Shown here one piece after another: positions 8,032-17,505 of a DNA stretch of 64,000 bases. The notes under the pieces were generated by a model. That model was not told the DNA's origin and ran no database searches. It worked only from the letters and a program-made list of their open reading frames with translations. The translations under genes were made by a program, and so were the position numbers. This DNA is from Rickettsiales bacterium (lineage in GTDB: Bacteria; Pseudomonadota; Alphaproteobacteria; Methylaequorales; Methylaequoraceae). The stretch is taken from positions 2,587 to 66,586 of the forward strand of contig NZFP01000009.1 in assembly GCA_002689325.1 (NCBI GenBank), read 5' to 3'. Numbering within the stretch: the first letter of the stretch is position 1; each line of letters opens with the position of its first letter.

Positions 8032-9255
8032 TTAGATAGTAGCTGGGATTTCGCCCTCAGGAGTTTTTTCTTTTTCATATATTTTTTTTAAAAATAATCT
8101 CCACTGCGAAAATTGTTCTTTAGCTGTTCCAGTTAACTCTACAGTATCATTACTCAATTCTATTACTTTAGATGACATCTCTACATCTAATGATTGTCCA
8201 AGTTCGTTGATTGCATCTCTGTGGACTTTAGCTTCTGCACTTTTCTTAAAACTATCTTGTAAAAGTGATGTTCCAGCCATACCACCACCTACAGCACCTA
8301 ATGTGCCAAGGGCTTGACCACCAGCGTCACCTGAATTTGCTCCAGCTACTGCAGCTAGAACTGCAGCACCAAGCAACAAAATTCCTCCAATTGCTTTACC
8401 TACAGCTTCTCCTTTGGCTTTGCTTTCAGCTTGTTTTTCCTGAAATGTCTGTTGCTGCCATGTTAAATAACTTGAATCTATGTTTTCGTCAAAATTCATA
8501 TAAAAAACTTGAAGTTCGTCAATAAATAATTGATCGCGAACTCTTAAATTTGATAATCTAAGATATTTTGGATCAGAACTATCAAGTTTTGTTTTAATGA
8601 TGTACTTTCCATCTTCATTTTTATCAATATTTTCCGAAAAAGATTCTTCAGAGAGATTCATACCGAATCTTAAATCACTAATGTATTTTAAATCATCAAG
8701 GTTTTTGGTAGAAACAAATTGAAGCTTTTCTTCGATTTTTTTGGCAATTTTCTGAAAAACCGGGTCATAAGAATCTTCGTTATAACCCCCTTTAGTGTAG
8801 AAATCTTCTGGCACTTGGTGTTCAAAATCGTCATCAATCCACAAGTTACCTGAAATATCTGCCACTTTAATGTCTAATTCAACTTCTTCACTATTTGATT
8901 CCATAATTTTTCCTGAAATATATAAATCACTTGTCGCGTTCAAGTCAGGAACAACTCTGACAGCCCCAAATTTATCTAACTTTTCAATATGTAGTTTAAG
9001 TTTATATGCGAATCTGATTGATTCAGCTTTTCTTAATTCTTTCCAAACATCTTCGTTATTGGATTTAGGAATATTTGAATCAAATACAGCTATTGCAACA
9101 TCTAGTCTTGGTCTAGAATCATCAGCAAAATCTTGAACTTTTTCTTCCTCAAGAATTTGATTTGAAGTTTTTGGACCAAAGTCCATTAACGACTGTGTTG
9201 TTTTACAACTAGATATAAAAAAAGCTATTAATATAAACAAAGAAGTAAGTCTCAT
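8032..9255 (-). CDS. lipoprotein with glycine-zipper (SlyB/17-kDa-antigen-like) segment
   Basis: 407 aa. Lipobox FFISSC. Segment GKAIGGILLLGAAVLAAVAGANSGDAGGQALGTLGAVGGGMAGTSLL is a classic glycine-zipper membrane motif. Confidence 0.55.
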   Translation of the reverse strand: MRLTSLFILIAFFISSCKTTQSLMDFGPKTSNQILEEEKVQDFADDSRPRLDVAIAVFDSNIPKSNNEDVWKELRKAESIRFAYKLKLHIEKLDKFGAVRVVPDLNATSDLYISGKIMESNSEEVELDIKVADISGNLWIDDDFEHQVPEDFYTKGGYNEDSYDPVFQKIAKKIEEKLQFVSTKNLDDLKYISDLRFGMNLSEESFSENIDKNEDGKYIIKTKLDSSDPKYLRLSNLRVRDQLFIDELQVFYMNFDENIDSSYLTWQQQTFQEKQAESKAKGEAVGKAIGGILLLGAAVLAAVAGANSGDAGGQALGTLGAVGGGMAGTSLLQDSFKKSAEAKVHRDAINELGQSLDVEMSSKVIELSNDTVELTGTAKEQFSQWRLFLKKIYEKEKTPEGEIPATI

Positions 9256-9300
9256 AACTATAATTTCCCAATTAAATTAAATCATAAATTTCATAAAAAC

Positions 9301-9846
9301 TCAATCTTCAAGCGGTAAGTTTTTATACTTTCTATACTCGTTCCAAATTTTTTTTTGCTTTTCGGGGTCTCTTTCTTTAAGTGCAGCGTTCTTTATTTGT
9401 TGAGCTAAAACATCATCATTGTCATCAAAGGGAATATCTTCAGGAATTTTTCCATTTGACCCTGAGTTATTTTTATTTATAGAACCTGCGAGTTCATTTT
9501 CAGTGTCTTGATTTTGTTCATCGTATGACTCAGTTGATTCTTGATCTGCTCTAAATTTATTGCCTCTTAATTCTTGTGATCCATCCGATGCATTTTCTAT
9601 ACTATTGTCAGCATTATTTTGCCTTGCTGATGTTTTTGCTTTTATACACTCTTCAAATCTATCCAAGGACTCGAGTAAAGCATCATCCATCGCCTGAATC
9701 TGCTCTCTGTCTGTTAAATATTCATTTTCTGTATAGTTTACATCAAAATTATCGCACTCATCATTAATAGTTTCAGAATAAGGAGCTTTTCCAACAACAA
9801 AAAAAACAATAAGAAGTAAATGACTTAAAAAAAATTTGTACAACAT
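9301..9846 (-). CDS. exported acidic hypothetical protein
   Basis: 181 aa. Signal peptide MLYKFFLSHLLLIVFFVVG. D/E/N/Q-rich mature part. Confidence 0.45.
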   Translation of the reverse strand: MLYKFFLSHLLLIVFFVVGKAPYSETINDECDNFDVNYTENEYLTDREQIQAMDDALLESLDRFEECIKAKTSARQNNADNSIENASDGSQELRGNKFRADQESTESYDEQNQDTENELAGSINKNNSGSNGKIPEDIPFDDNDDVLAQQIKNAALKERDPEKQKKIWNEYRKYKNLPLED

Positions 9847-10197
9847 AAATTAAACTTTTTTTCAAATTATTTTAGCGCTAACCACTTTTAATTTTAATCT
9901 TTAATTCTCAGTTGGAAAAGAAAAATTTTTATCTCTTATAATCGATAGGAGAACAATTTGTAATCTGTATAAGGGAAAATTCTCTAATTAAACCTCTCCT
10001 ATTACCAAAGTAATCAGGTGATGAAAATTTTGAGGACCTTGGCTGTTCATAAATAAAGTATATCAAATGTGTCATTAATAGTTTTATCAAGGGCCCTAGT
10101 CTCATTTGATAATAAAGACACTAATGCACTTAATGCTGAAAAAAAGTGTGATAGTAAAATTTATCTGCATTTAGATCAATGAGTTACACACTAACAC

Positions 10198-10258
10198 AAC
10201 TGATTCAAAATCCGTTGAACTTCGGTTCATGTCCGTTCGAGTCGGACTAGGAATACCA
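10198..10258 (+). repeat. tRNA 3'-end-like element copy A (T-arm GTCCG-TTCGAGT-CGGAC, acceptor 3' strand TAGGAAT, discriminator A, CCA); no matching 5' half upstream
   Basis: Read directly from the sequence. The T-loop TTCGAGT is canonical. No complementary 5' acceptor strand is found in the preceding 90 nt, so this is a tRNA 3' fragment or att-like remnant rather than a gene. Confidence 0.5.
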
Positions 10259-10271
10259 TAAAGTTCTTTAT

Positions 10272-12761
10272 TTATCCATTTCTCAATAAATAGTATGTAT
10301 TAAAATTTAAGTACTTTCTGTTTGAAATTAATAAAGTTGTTACAAATACCAACATAAATAGAATTAAAATAATCAAAGTAACTGAAATGGGAAAATACCA
10401 ATCGATACTAAAAAAATTTGTTATAAAAAAGTAGGAAAATACAATTGAAAATATTAACGAAGAAATAACTATAGGTATAAATAATATGAGAGTTTCAAAT
10501 ATTATCAGTTTATAAATATTTAATTTCTCAAAACCCAGAATTCTTAAAACAAGATTTTGATAAACTTTAAGATTTCCGATTACACTTATAGCATTTGATA
10601 TCACAATGAGTCCAATTAGAATTACCACTAGTGATATCAAAATACTCACAATAAATATGCCATTTAAAAAATTTTTTGTTTTGTTTATATACTCAGATAA
10701 CTTTATGTAGGTTATATTTGGTAATTTTCTTAATATATTACTTAAGTTTACCAATTCCTCATTTTCAAATTTTATAGTAGACATAAATTCATGAGGAATT
10801 TTTGATGCATATTTAGGATTAAATAAAATTGCAAAATTAATGTTTAAGTCCCTATAATCTACTTTTCTAAAATTTGTAATGATTCCTGTAACTGAATTAC
10901 CAAAAATATTAAATGTCATCGAATCACCAATTTTTAATTTTAGATCATTAGCGACTTTGTAATCTAAAGAAAGTTGTAATTTATTTATTTCATCTTTATC
11001 CCACCATTTACCTTTAATAACTGGATTATTGAATGGAGGGTTTTTTGACCAAGATATTCTTCTCTCACCGTTAATAAACCAAAAACTTTTATTTTTTTCA
11101 TCTATTAATTCTCTTGGATTTCTATTATTTATAGTTTCTATTCTTGCAGATATCATAGGTACAACTATTTGTTTTGCTTTAAAATCAATTTCATAAATTT
11201 GCTCCTTAAATAATTTCAATTGATTTTCCTGTATTCCTAAAAAAAAATAATGTGGGGCATTCTTTGGTATCGAAGTATTAAGTTCTTTATTGATATTAGA
11301 AGACAACATTCCAAGAAAGAATAATGTGGTCATTCCCAATCCCATGGTTACTATCATAATAGTATTTAGACTACGATAAGCTTTCAGATTTTTAATCCCC
11401 ATGTTAAGAAGTAAATTTTTTATGTTTTTCATTTTACCCAAAATCAAAATGTAGAATTTAGATAAAAAATAATAGAAAAAACTAATAATTATAAAAAAGA
11501 AAAAAAATACTGCTGTTTGTTGAGGTTTTACATTTAAAATACAAAAAAAGAAAACGAAAATTATCAGCAAAACACTAATTTCTATAAATGATTTTCTAGT
11601 ATAATTTAAATTTAATTGAGTGCTGCTATTTCTAAATAGATTTGTAACTTTAATTTGATCGATACTATCTACCACAGGTTTGGCAAATATAAAAAAGACT
11701 ATAATACTAAAGAATTGAATAATTAAGTATTCAGTAATTTTAAATTTTACCTTTAACTCAATATTTAGAAAGTTTAAAAAACTATGATCTAGAAAAAAAA
11801 TTATTAACAAACCTAAAGTATAAGCTATTAGAGAACAGAAAATCAAAATCACAATAGTTTGTGTGTAGTATATGGTTTTAATATTATTGGAACTTAATCC
11901 CAAAGATTTATAAATAGCAATATTAAACTGATTATTACTAAGAAATGAATAAAGTGAGTTTTTTAAACCAACTCCTGAAATTAGGATAGCTGACGCTGCA
12001 ATAATGGTGAGAAAATAAATAAAATTCTCAATAGTTCTTTTTAGATTCTGACTAACGTCTTCTGGAGTCTTAATTATAATTTTCTTATTTTCATTAATTT
12101 TTTTTGATAATTTTGAATTATTTTCCTTTTTTATCATTTTATATTTAAAATTTATAAAAGTTCCAAGATTATTGACTTTTAAATTCTTAAAGCCTGATTT
12201 GTTAATTAAAGCTTGATCTCCAAAAAGAAAAAAACCTCCAATATCCGGTAAACTTTCAATTACACCTATAACCTCAAATGAAACATTTTGTATTCTTATT
12301 TTCTCACCGATTTTTAAATTAAGATTATTTTTGGTTGTTTTATCAACCAAAATAGCATTGGATGTTGTTTTAAGTAATCTAAGTGAATTTGCAGGTTCAA
12401 CTTTTACATTTCCAAGAAGTGGATAAAAATTATCTATTACTTTTATTCTTGTTGTTTTGCTTTCCTCATTTATAGTTCTTATAATAGACGTAAACTCAAT
12501 AACCTCCGTCATTAAGAATTTATCTTTTAATTCGTCTATAAATTCATCATTTAAATCTGTGTTTTTTGTAGATAGCTCTAAATCACCTCCAAGAAAAACT
12601 CTTGCATTATCTTTAATTTCATTTTCAATACTATTTTTTAAAATTGTTACTGAAGAGAAAATTAGCAAACTGATAAATATTGTAAAAAATACTTTTGAGA
12701 TTTTTTCTTTATTCTTATAAAATTCTTTTATTAAAAATTGAAAATTTTTAGGAAAATACAT
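10272..12761 (-). CDS. ABC transporter permease, FtsX family (YbbP/LolE-like, two FtsX repeats)
   Basis: 829 aa polytopic protein. Same operon as an ABC ATPase (ATGA-type junction at 12761-12764). Confidence 0.8.
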   Translation of the reverse strand: MYFPKNFQFLIKEFYKNKEKISKVFFTIFISLLIFSSVTILKNSIENEIKDNARVFLGGDLELSTKNTDLNDEFIDELKDKFLMTEVIEFTSIIRTINEESKTTRIKVIDNFYPLLGNVKVEPANSLRLLKTTSNAILVDKTTKNNLNLKIGEKIRIQNVSFEVIGVIESLPDIGGFFLFGDQALINKSGFKNLKVNNLGTFINFKYKMIKKENNSKLSKKINENKKIIIKTPEDVSQNLKRTIENFIYFLTIIAASAILISGVGLKNSLYSFLSNNQFNIAIYKSLGLSSNNIKTIYYTQTIVILIFCSLIAYTLGLLIIFFLDHSFLNFLNIELKVKFKITEYLIIQFFSIIVFFIFAKPVVDSIDQIKVTNLFRNSSTQLNLNYTRKSFIEISVLLIIFVFFFCILNVKPQQTAVFFFFFIIISFFYYFLSKFYILILGKMKNIKNLLLNMGIKNLKAYRSLNTIMIVTMGLGMTTLFFLGMLSSNINKELNTSIPKNAPHYFFLGIQENQLKLFKEQIYEIDFKAKQIVVPMISARIETINNRNPRELIDEKNKSFWFINGERRISWSKNPPFNNPVIKGKWWDKDEINKLQLSLDYKVANDLKLKIGDSMTFNIFGNSVTGIITNFRKVDYRDLNINFAILFNPKYASKIPHEFMSTIKFENEELVNLSNILRKLPNITYIKLSEYINKTKNFLNGIFIVSILISLVVILIGLIVISNAISVIGNLKVYQNLVLRILGFEKLNIYKLIIFETLILFIPIVISSLIFSIVFSYFFITNFFSIDWYFPISVTLIILILFMLVFVTTLLISNRKYLNFNTYYLLRNG

Positions 12762-12763
12762 AA

Positions 12764-13432
12764 TTAATTTCTTATTTCACCATCTAATAAATTTATAATC
12801 CTATCGCACTTTTTTGCTAAATTAATATTATGAGTTACTAAAAATAAACTGATTTTTTTTTTTTTGGAGTAATTTATTAGTAAATTTGAAACTAGTTCTG
12901 TATTTTTTCTATCTAGATTACCAGTAGGTTCATCTGCTAGAATAACTTCTGGGTTAAACGAAATTGCCCTAGCGATTGCGACTCTTTGTTGCTCTCCACC
13001 TGATAACTCAGAAGGTAAATTATTTTTTCGTTTCTCTAAACCAATGTCAGAGAGAATCAAATTAGCTTTTTCTTTTTCATTTTTAATTTTATTTATTTGC
13101 ATAGGAAACATGACATTTTCAAGAGCTGTATAATTTGGTATTAGGTAAAATTGCTGAAACACTAACCCAATTTTTTTTTTTCGTATTACGGTTTTTTGTT
13201 CCTCGCTTATTACAGAAAAATTTTTATTTTCAAAAAAAACTGATCCTGTTGAAGGTTTTTCTAGACCAGACATAAGCATCAAAAGACTTGTTTTTCCAGA
13301 ACCGCTTTCACCGACTAAAGCTACTCTCTCATTTTTTTTTAATTCAAAATTTATATTTTTCAAAACTCTGATATCATTCCCATTCACATTGTAATTAAGA
13401 TTAATGTTATCTAGTTTATATAGTTTTTTCAT
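12764..13432 (-). CDS. ABC transporter ATP-binding protein (YbbA/LolD-like)
   Basis: Walker [13 protein letters not shown] signature [14 protein letters not shown]. Walker [11 protein letters not shown]. Confidence 0.85.
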   Translation of the reverse strand: MKKLYKLDNINLNYNVNGNDIRVLKNINFELKKNERVALVGESGSGKTSLLMLMSGLEKPSTGSVFFENKNFSVISEEQKTVIRKKKIGLVFQQFYLIPNYTALENVMFPMQINKIKNEKEKANLILSDIGLEKRKNNLPSELSGGEQQRVAIARAISFNPEVILADEPTGNLDRKNTELVSNLLINYSKKKKISLFLVTHNINLAKKCDRIINLLDGEIRN

Positions 13433-14045
13433 TTTAAGATTTCTTGTTATATTGATAGTTGGTCTAAACTTTATACCAACAAAAGTGTATTGTAACCAAA
13501 AAATTGCATTGTTTGGTGATAGCTTAATGTCTGGTTATGGACTTGAAAAAAAATTTCATCTATCAACTATTTTAGAAAAAAATCTTAAACAAAAAGGATT
13601 TGATGTAAATGTCATTAATGCCAGCGTATCTGGAGACACCACATCTGGTGGACTAAATAGATTAAATTGGTTACTTAAAAAAAAAGATATAGATATTGTT
13701 GTAGTATGCCTTGGAGCAAATGATATGTTGAGAGGAATTAAACCCTCTCTAATAAAACAAAATTTAAATAAAATCCTGCACATTTTGCAAGAAAGAAACA
13801 CAACCATTCTTCTAGCCGGCATGCTATCTCAAGAAGCATTGGGAAACGAATATAAAAATAAATTTGATAGCATTTATCCTGAGCTTGCAAAAAAATTTCA
13901 GATTTCTTTTTTGCCATTTTTATTAGATGGTGTTGCTCTAAACGCTGAATTAAATTTAAGTGATGGAAAACATCCTAACCAAGAAGGAATTAAAATAATA
14001 AGTAAAAATCTTGAAAAAAAACTAAATGATATTCTTCAAAATTAA
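13404..14045 (+). CDS. SGNH/GDSL hydrolase, TesA-like (arylesterase / thioesterase I family)
   Basis: GDSL block IALFGDSLMSGYG. C-terminal DGKHPN (Dxx H) block. Signal-peptide-like N-terminus. Divergent from the ABC pair, as in the tesA-ybbA-ybbP arrangement. Confidence 0.8.
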   Translation: MLSSLYSFFILRFLVILIVGLNFIPTKVYCNQKIALFGDSLMSGYGLEKKFHLSTILEKNLKQKGFDVNVINASVSGDTTSGGLNRLNWLLKKKDIDIVVVCLGANDMLRGIKPSLIKQNLNKILHILQERNTTILLAGMLSQEALGNEYKNKFDSIYPELAKKFQISFLPFLLDGVALNAELNLSDGKHPNQEGIKIISKNLEKKLNDILQN

Positions 14046-14109
14046 TTCAAGAAAAAAGCATTGAGACAAGTTAAGAAAGCCAATTTAATAAAGGGTCTAA
14101 GAACTACTA

Positions 14110-14163
14110 AACTGATTCAAAATCCTTTGTCTTTTCTGGCATATTCGGTCGAGTCCTACTAGG
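14110..14163 (+). repeat. tRNA 3'-end-like element copy B (degenerate)
   Basis: The first 16 nt (aactgattcaaaatcc) are identical to copy A. The remainder matches at about 25 of 38 positions, including tcgagtc...actagg. Confidence 0.45.
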
Positions 14164-14183
14164 GTCACATGATTATATCTTTA

Positions 14184-15407
14184 CTAGTAGAGAGCTACCA
14201 ACCTTTTAGATAAATTATTTTTATCAAGTTTTTTAAATAAATTAATAAGTTGATGTATTGTTTTAGATGAATGACTAATGCTCTTTAAAGCTGCAGATAA
14301 TACTTCTACATAGCTATTAATCGTTAATTTTTTATTATCCTCGAATAGTTGACACACAAGAAGAAAATCTGTCAAAGATATAAAAAAAATCATTACTCTG
14401 ATGAAATTGTTTAATGAATTCTTAGAATTCATTATATTATCAATATTTTTTAAAAATTCATTAATAAAGTAGTTTTTAAAAATAAAATCATTCTCTTTTC
14501 TAAATTTATTGAATTTTGTATTGTAAATATAAGTAAATTGTTTAACAAATGTTGTTTTAGGTAAAAATAAATAGTCACTTTTTAAAGCTGATTTTTTACA
14601 GATTTTCCTAAACCTTGAATCTCTGAATTCGCCTTTACTATCAGCAAGACCATTAGAGCTTTGACTTCCCGATTTATTACTGCTAACCAATTTGGAAAAA
14701 CAGAATGATGCCAAAATATTTATATCCGTATGAAGTAAGTCTTTTTTTATTTTCTCATTTTCATTTTTTAAAAAATTATTTACAGAACATTCACTACTAT
14801 TTATTTTATCATAGGAAATTATTATCTGTTTAAGAGTTTCGAAAATGTTACTATAGTCATTTATTTTAAAAAATACTTCTTCTATAAATTTTAATTTTTT
14901 ATCAGATAATTTTTTTTTAGTTTGAAGTGAAAAAACATTATGAGAATTAAAAATATTTGGTAATTTTTTTTTTTTTAATGTTTTAATGTTTAAATCTTTT
15001 TTACTTAAGCATAATCGAGCAATTTCAGGGCATGACAATGAACCTGAAATAAAACCTATTTTATCAAATATTGTTATTTCCCTGGGATAAGTTGAGCAAC
15101 CAATTGATAAACTTTCTTGTCCCATTAACTTAAATGCATTGCATAGTTTATCCTTAGTTAAAAAAGGGCAACAATTATTTTCGTTTACTAACTTTCCGTA
15201 ATTAATATTTGACTTTAGATCGTCTTTAATCAGCGACCTTTGAGAAATTGATTTTATTTCTTTAATAGTTGAATTTTTATATTTTTTATATGTTGCTTTA
15301 TCAATTTTTATATTCCAACCCACACAACAAGAATCAATGCAGTCTTTTCCTATACATTTGAAATCTTGTATATATTCGGGAACAAAAAAATTCTGGTTTG
15401 TTTGCAT
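14184..15407 (-). CDS. FliB-like (flagellin lysine-N-methylase family) Cys-cluster protein
   Basis: 407 aa. N-terminal FKCIGKDCIDSCCVGWNIKIDKATYKKY fits the C-x4-C-x3-CC-GW...DK pattern recalled for FliB family proteins, and the length is comparable. Recognition is from memory of the family motif only. Confidence 0.4.
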   Translation of the reverse strand: MQTNQNFFVPEYIQDFKCIGKDCIDSCCVGWNIKIDKATYKKYKNSTIKEIKSISQRSLIKDDLKSNINYGKLVNENNCCPFLTKDKLCNAFKLMGQESLSIGCSTYPREITIFDKIGFISGSLSCPEIARLCLSKKDLNIKTLKKKKLPNIFNSHNVFSLQTKKKLSDKKLKFIEEVFFKINDYSNIFETLKQIIISYDKINSSECSVNNFLKNENEKIKKDLLHTDINILASFCFSKLVSSNKSGSQSSNGLADSKGEFRDSRFRKICKKSALKSDYLFLPKTTFVKQFTYIYNTKFNKFRKENDFIFKNYFINEFLKNIDNIMNSKNSLNNFIRVMIFFISLTDFLLVCQLFEDNKKLTINSYVEVLSAALKSISHSSKTIHQLINLFKKLDKNNLSKRLVALY

Positions 15408-15544
15408 GGTAACTAATTATTTCGCAATATTAGTGCCAATAATGATAAGTAAAAAACTTTATTTTAATAGTTATTATTTTGAAAAAAAGTTTGATAGAAA
15501 AATTTTATTTATTTAAATTAATCACTTCTAATCAAATGAAAGCA

Positions 15545-15568
15545 ATTGAAAATCCTTTGAACTTTCAT
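15545..15568 (+). repeat. tRNA 3'-end-like element copy C (short, degenerate)
   Basis: attgaaaatcctttgaactttcat matches copies A and B over aaatcc(g/t)ttgaact. Confidence 0.35.
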
Positions 15569-15584
15569 TATGGATAAAATTTTT

Positions 15585-16715
15585 TCAAATTTTATCTATA
15601 ATGAACTTACAAAATTTTTTAATTCCTTCCGATTTATGCCATTCTCTTGAGGCAATTACAGATTTCTCATTAAAATATTGATAATTTTTAATGAAATTTT
15701 CTAATGAAAATTTCAGTGACTCGCTATCGTTCCATTGAAAAAAGGCTCCACATTTTTTTTTTTTAACTAAATAAGCTGGGTGATTTTTTTGTGGTAAAAT
15801 TATTGGTCTTCCTGTAGCTATTGTTTCACAAACTATGCCTGAAGCAAGCAATTGATAATAAATCGGAACAAAAAGATATAACACAGCATCAAAACTAGCA
15901 ATCTTATTATTTAAATCATCAGTAAAATTAAAAAAAGAAAAGTTTTTATTCTCTAAAATTTTCTTAAAATGATGATCTACATGTTCTAGTATTTTTTCAG
16001 GTTTAAAATATTCTCCAGGATCATGAAATTCAAACATAAGATTTGTTTGTTGAAATAATTCTAAAAAACTCTTTGAAAAGTTTTCTGTGAAAACTTTGTT
16101 TAATCCAAATACTCCTATTTTTTTTAAAAGTTTACCTTCTTTTTTTTTATATTTTGAAAAAGTAAGAAATGGTGTAATTTCAATATCTATGGGTAAAAAA
16201 CGAGAAAAAGTTTCTTTAACACTCTCCTCATATGCTAAATAAATTATATCTTTTCTTTGTTTAAATTTGTCAAGAAATTTAACATACAAATTAATAGTAT
16301 TGTTTGAAAAGTTACTATAGACTGCATCTAAAAAAATAAAGGGACGTTTTGCAACTTTTAAGAATAAATTAGAAAAAATTTGTATTGGGTAATTGGTTGG
16401 GACCCAAATAGCAATATCGGGAAAAGGATTTTTTTTTAGATAAAGTTTAATACTATTTACAGTTATTTCGACAGATTTGATAATTTTATCCTCATTTTCA
16501 TATGGAACAGCACTGTAAGTTGAAATATCAAATATTTTTTTTATTTTAATTTTATTTTTTAGAAATTTATCTTCAGTTTCTTTCTCTATGTTTTTTAAAC
16601 AAAGTATTTCCACGTCAAAATTATTTTCTTTGAAATATTTAGCAATGTATAGGTCTGTTGAGAAGTTATGCCCTTTTGTATGTTTTAAACCGGAGTCTAT
16701 TAAGATAAGCTTCAT
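15585..16715 (-). CDS. putative GT-B fold glycosyltransferase
   Basis: 376 aa. C-terminal ASGIVCETIATGRPIILP resembles the EAMAxGxPVI motif of GT4-type enzymes. Weak. Confidence 0.35.
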   Translation of the reverse strand: MKLILIDSGLKHTKGHNFSTDLYIAKYFKENNFDVEILCLKNIEKETEDKFLKNKIKIKKIFDISTYSAVPYENEDKIIKSVEITVNSIKLYLKKNPFPDIAIWVPTNYPIQIFSNLFLKVAKRPFIFLDAVYSNFSNNTINLYVKFLDKFKQRKDIIYLAYEESVKETFSRFLPIDIEITPFLTFSKYKKKEGKLLKKIGVFGLNKVFTENFSKSFLELFQQTNLMFEFHDPGEYFKPEKILEHVDHHFKKILENKNFSFFNFTDDLNNKIASFDAVLYLFVPIYYQLLASGIVCETIATGRPIILPQKNHPAYLVKKKKCGAFFQWNDSESLKFSLENFIKNYQYFNEKSVIASREWHKSEGIKKFCKFIIDKI

Positions 16716-16793
16716 TTTAATTATTAATAAGATTAATATTATTCTTACATTTTTATTAAGCTAAAATTAAGAAATGTAACATGAAATTTGGGG

Positions 16794-17034
16794 TAAAAAA
16801 ATTAAATTTATCAAAACCCTTATTTATGGAGTTTAAAAATTCTTTTTTAAAAAAAATACACCAATACGCAACCATTACAAATCATGAAGATGCAGAATTT
16901 TATTTTTCTGAAAAATCAACAAAAAATTGAATTAAGAACGATGACCCTGCTAATAATTAAGATTTAATGAAGTATTGATTATGTTTGTTAAATTTAATTA
17001 TTCGACTAATTTGTGTTTTACTTATTGGTCTCAT
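16794..17034 (+). pseudogene. 240-bp duplicate of 17805-18044 carrying a decayed 3' fragment of the tautomerase-like gene (+) and of the aldo/keto reductase gene (-)
   Basis: About 85% nucleotide identity to 17805-18044 by eye. The translated fragment KPLFMEFKNSFLKKIHQYATITNHEDAEFYFSEKSTKN* corresponds to KTLISGVEKYFFIKKIHQYVTITNHEGAEFNFYEKSL. Confidence 0.55.
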
Positions 17035-17096
17035 AAAAAAAAATTAATTAATTTCCTCCTTAATAAATAAAAATTTAAGAAATTAATTAAGTCTAA

Positions 17097-17363
17097 TTAA
17101 TGATAAACAATCTTGCCTGACTCTTTTGTTTTTTTTTTATGAGGGCAATGTTGTGTAGCATTTATTTGTGCATTAAAAAAAATTCTGTAAGATTCTCTTA
17201 GTAACCTTCCAAGTATATATTTTGCAAGTTTAAGTTTGTTTGTTTTTTTTGAAATTATTAATTTCCTAAATATTCTATTATACACGAAATGTTTTTCGTG
17301 TTTCTCCTCAATTACATTAGTTATAATGTGTAACATTAATTCATTAAATTCCTTTTCACTCAT
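17097..17363 (-). CDS. hypothetical small protein
   Basis: 88-aa ORF between the duplication copies. No motif recognised. Confidence 0.3.
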   Translation of the reverse strand: MSEKEFNELMLHIITNVIEEKHEKHFVYNRIFRKLIISKKTNKLKLAKYILGRLLRESYRIFFNAQINATQHCPHKKKTKESGKIVYH

Positions 17364-17402
17364 ACTTTAATGATAATAATTATCATTCGCATTTACAATG
17401 TC

Positions 17403-17418
17403 TTTTTTTTTTTTTTTT
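17403..17418 (+). repeat. T16 homopolymer in intergenic region
   Basis: tctttttttttttttttttgg. Confidence 0.9.
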
Positions 17419-17496
17419 GGTTTCTTACTTTAATCATCTGGATGGTATGATTTTGCAAATGCTCTATATGCCACTTCAATTAATTGTTCTTGTCGA

Positions 17497-17505
17497 GGGG
17501 GGGGG
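17497..17505 (+). repeat. G9 homopolymer about 20-70 nt upstream of the two candidate starts of the tautomerase-like gene
   Basis: tgtcgagggggggggataag. A G9 tract is highly unusual in this AT-rich genome. Confidence 0.9.

Noticed and set aside
9900-10258. Possible tmRNA (ssrA) ending in the T-arm/ACCA at 10258
   Set aside because: The acceptor 3' strand TAGGAAT would require a 5' strand ATTCCTA, which has no GGGG start, no G3:U70 alanine identity pair, and is absent upstream. For a permuted two-piece gene the coding piece would have to follow the CCA, but the FtsX gene stop is only 14 nt away.
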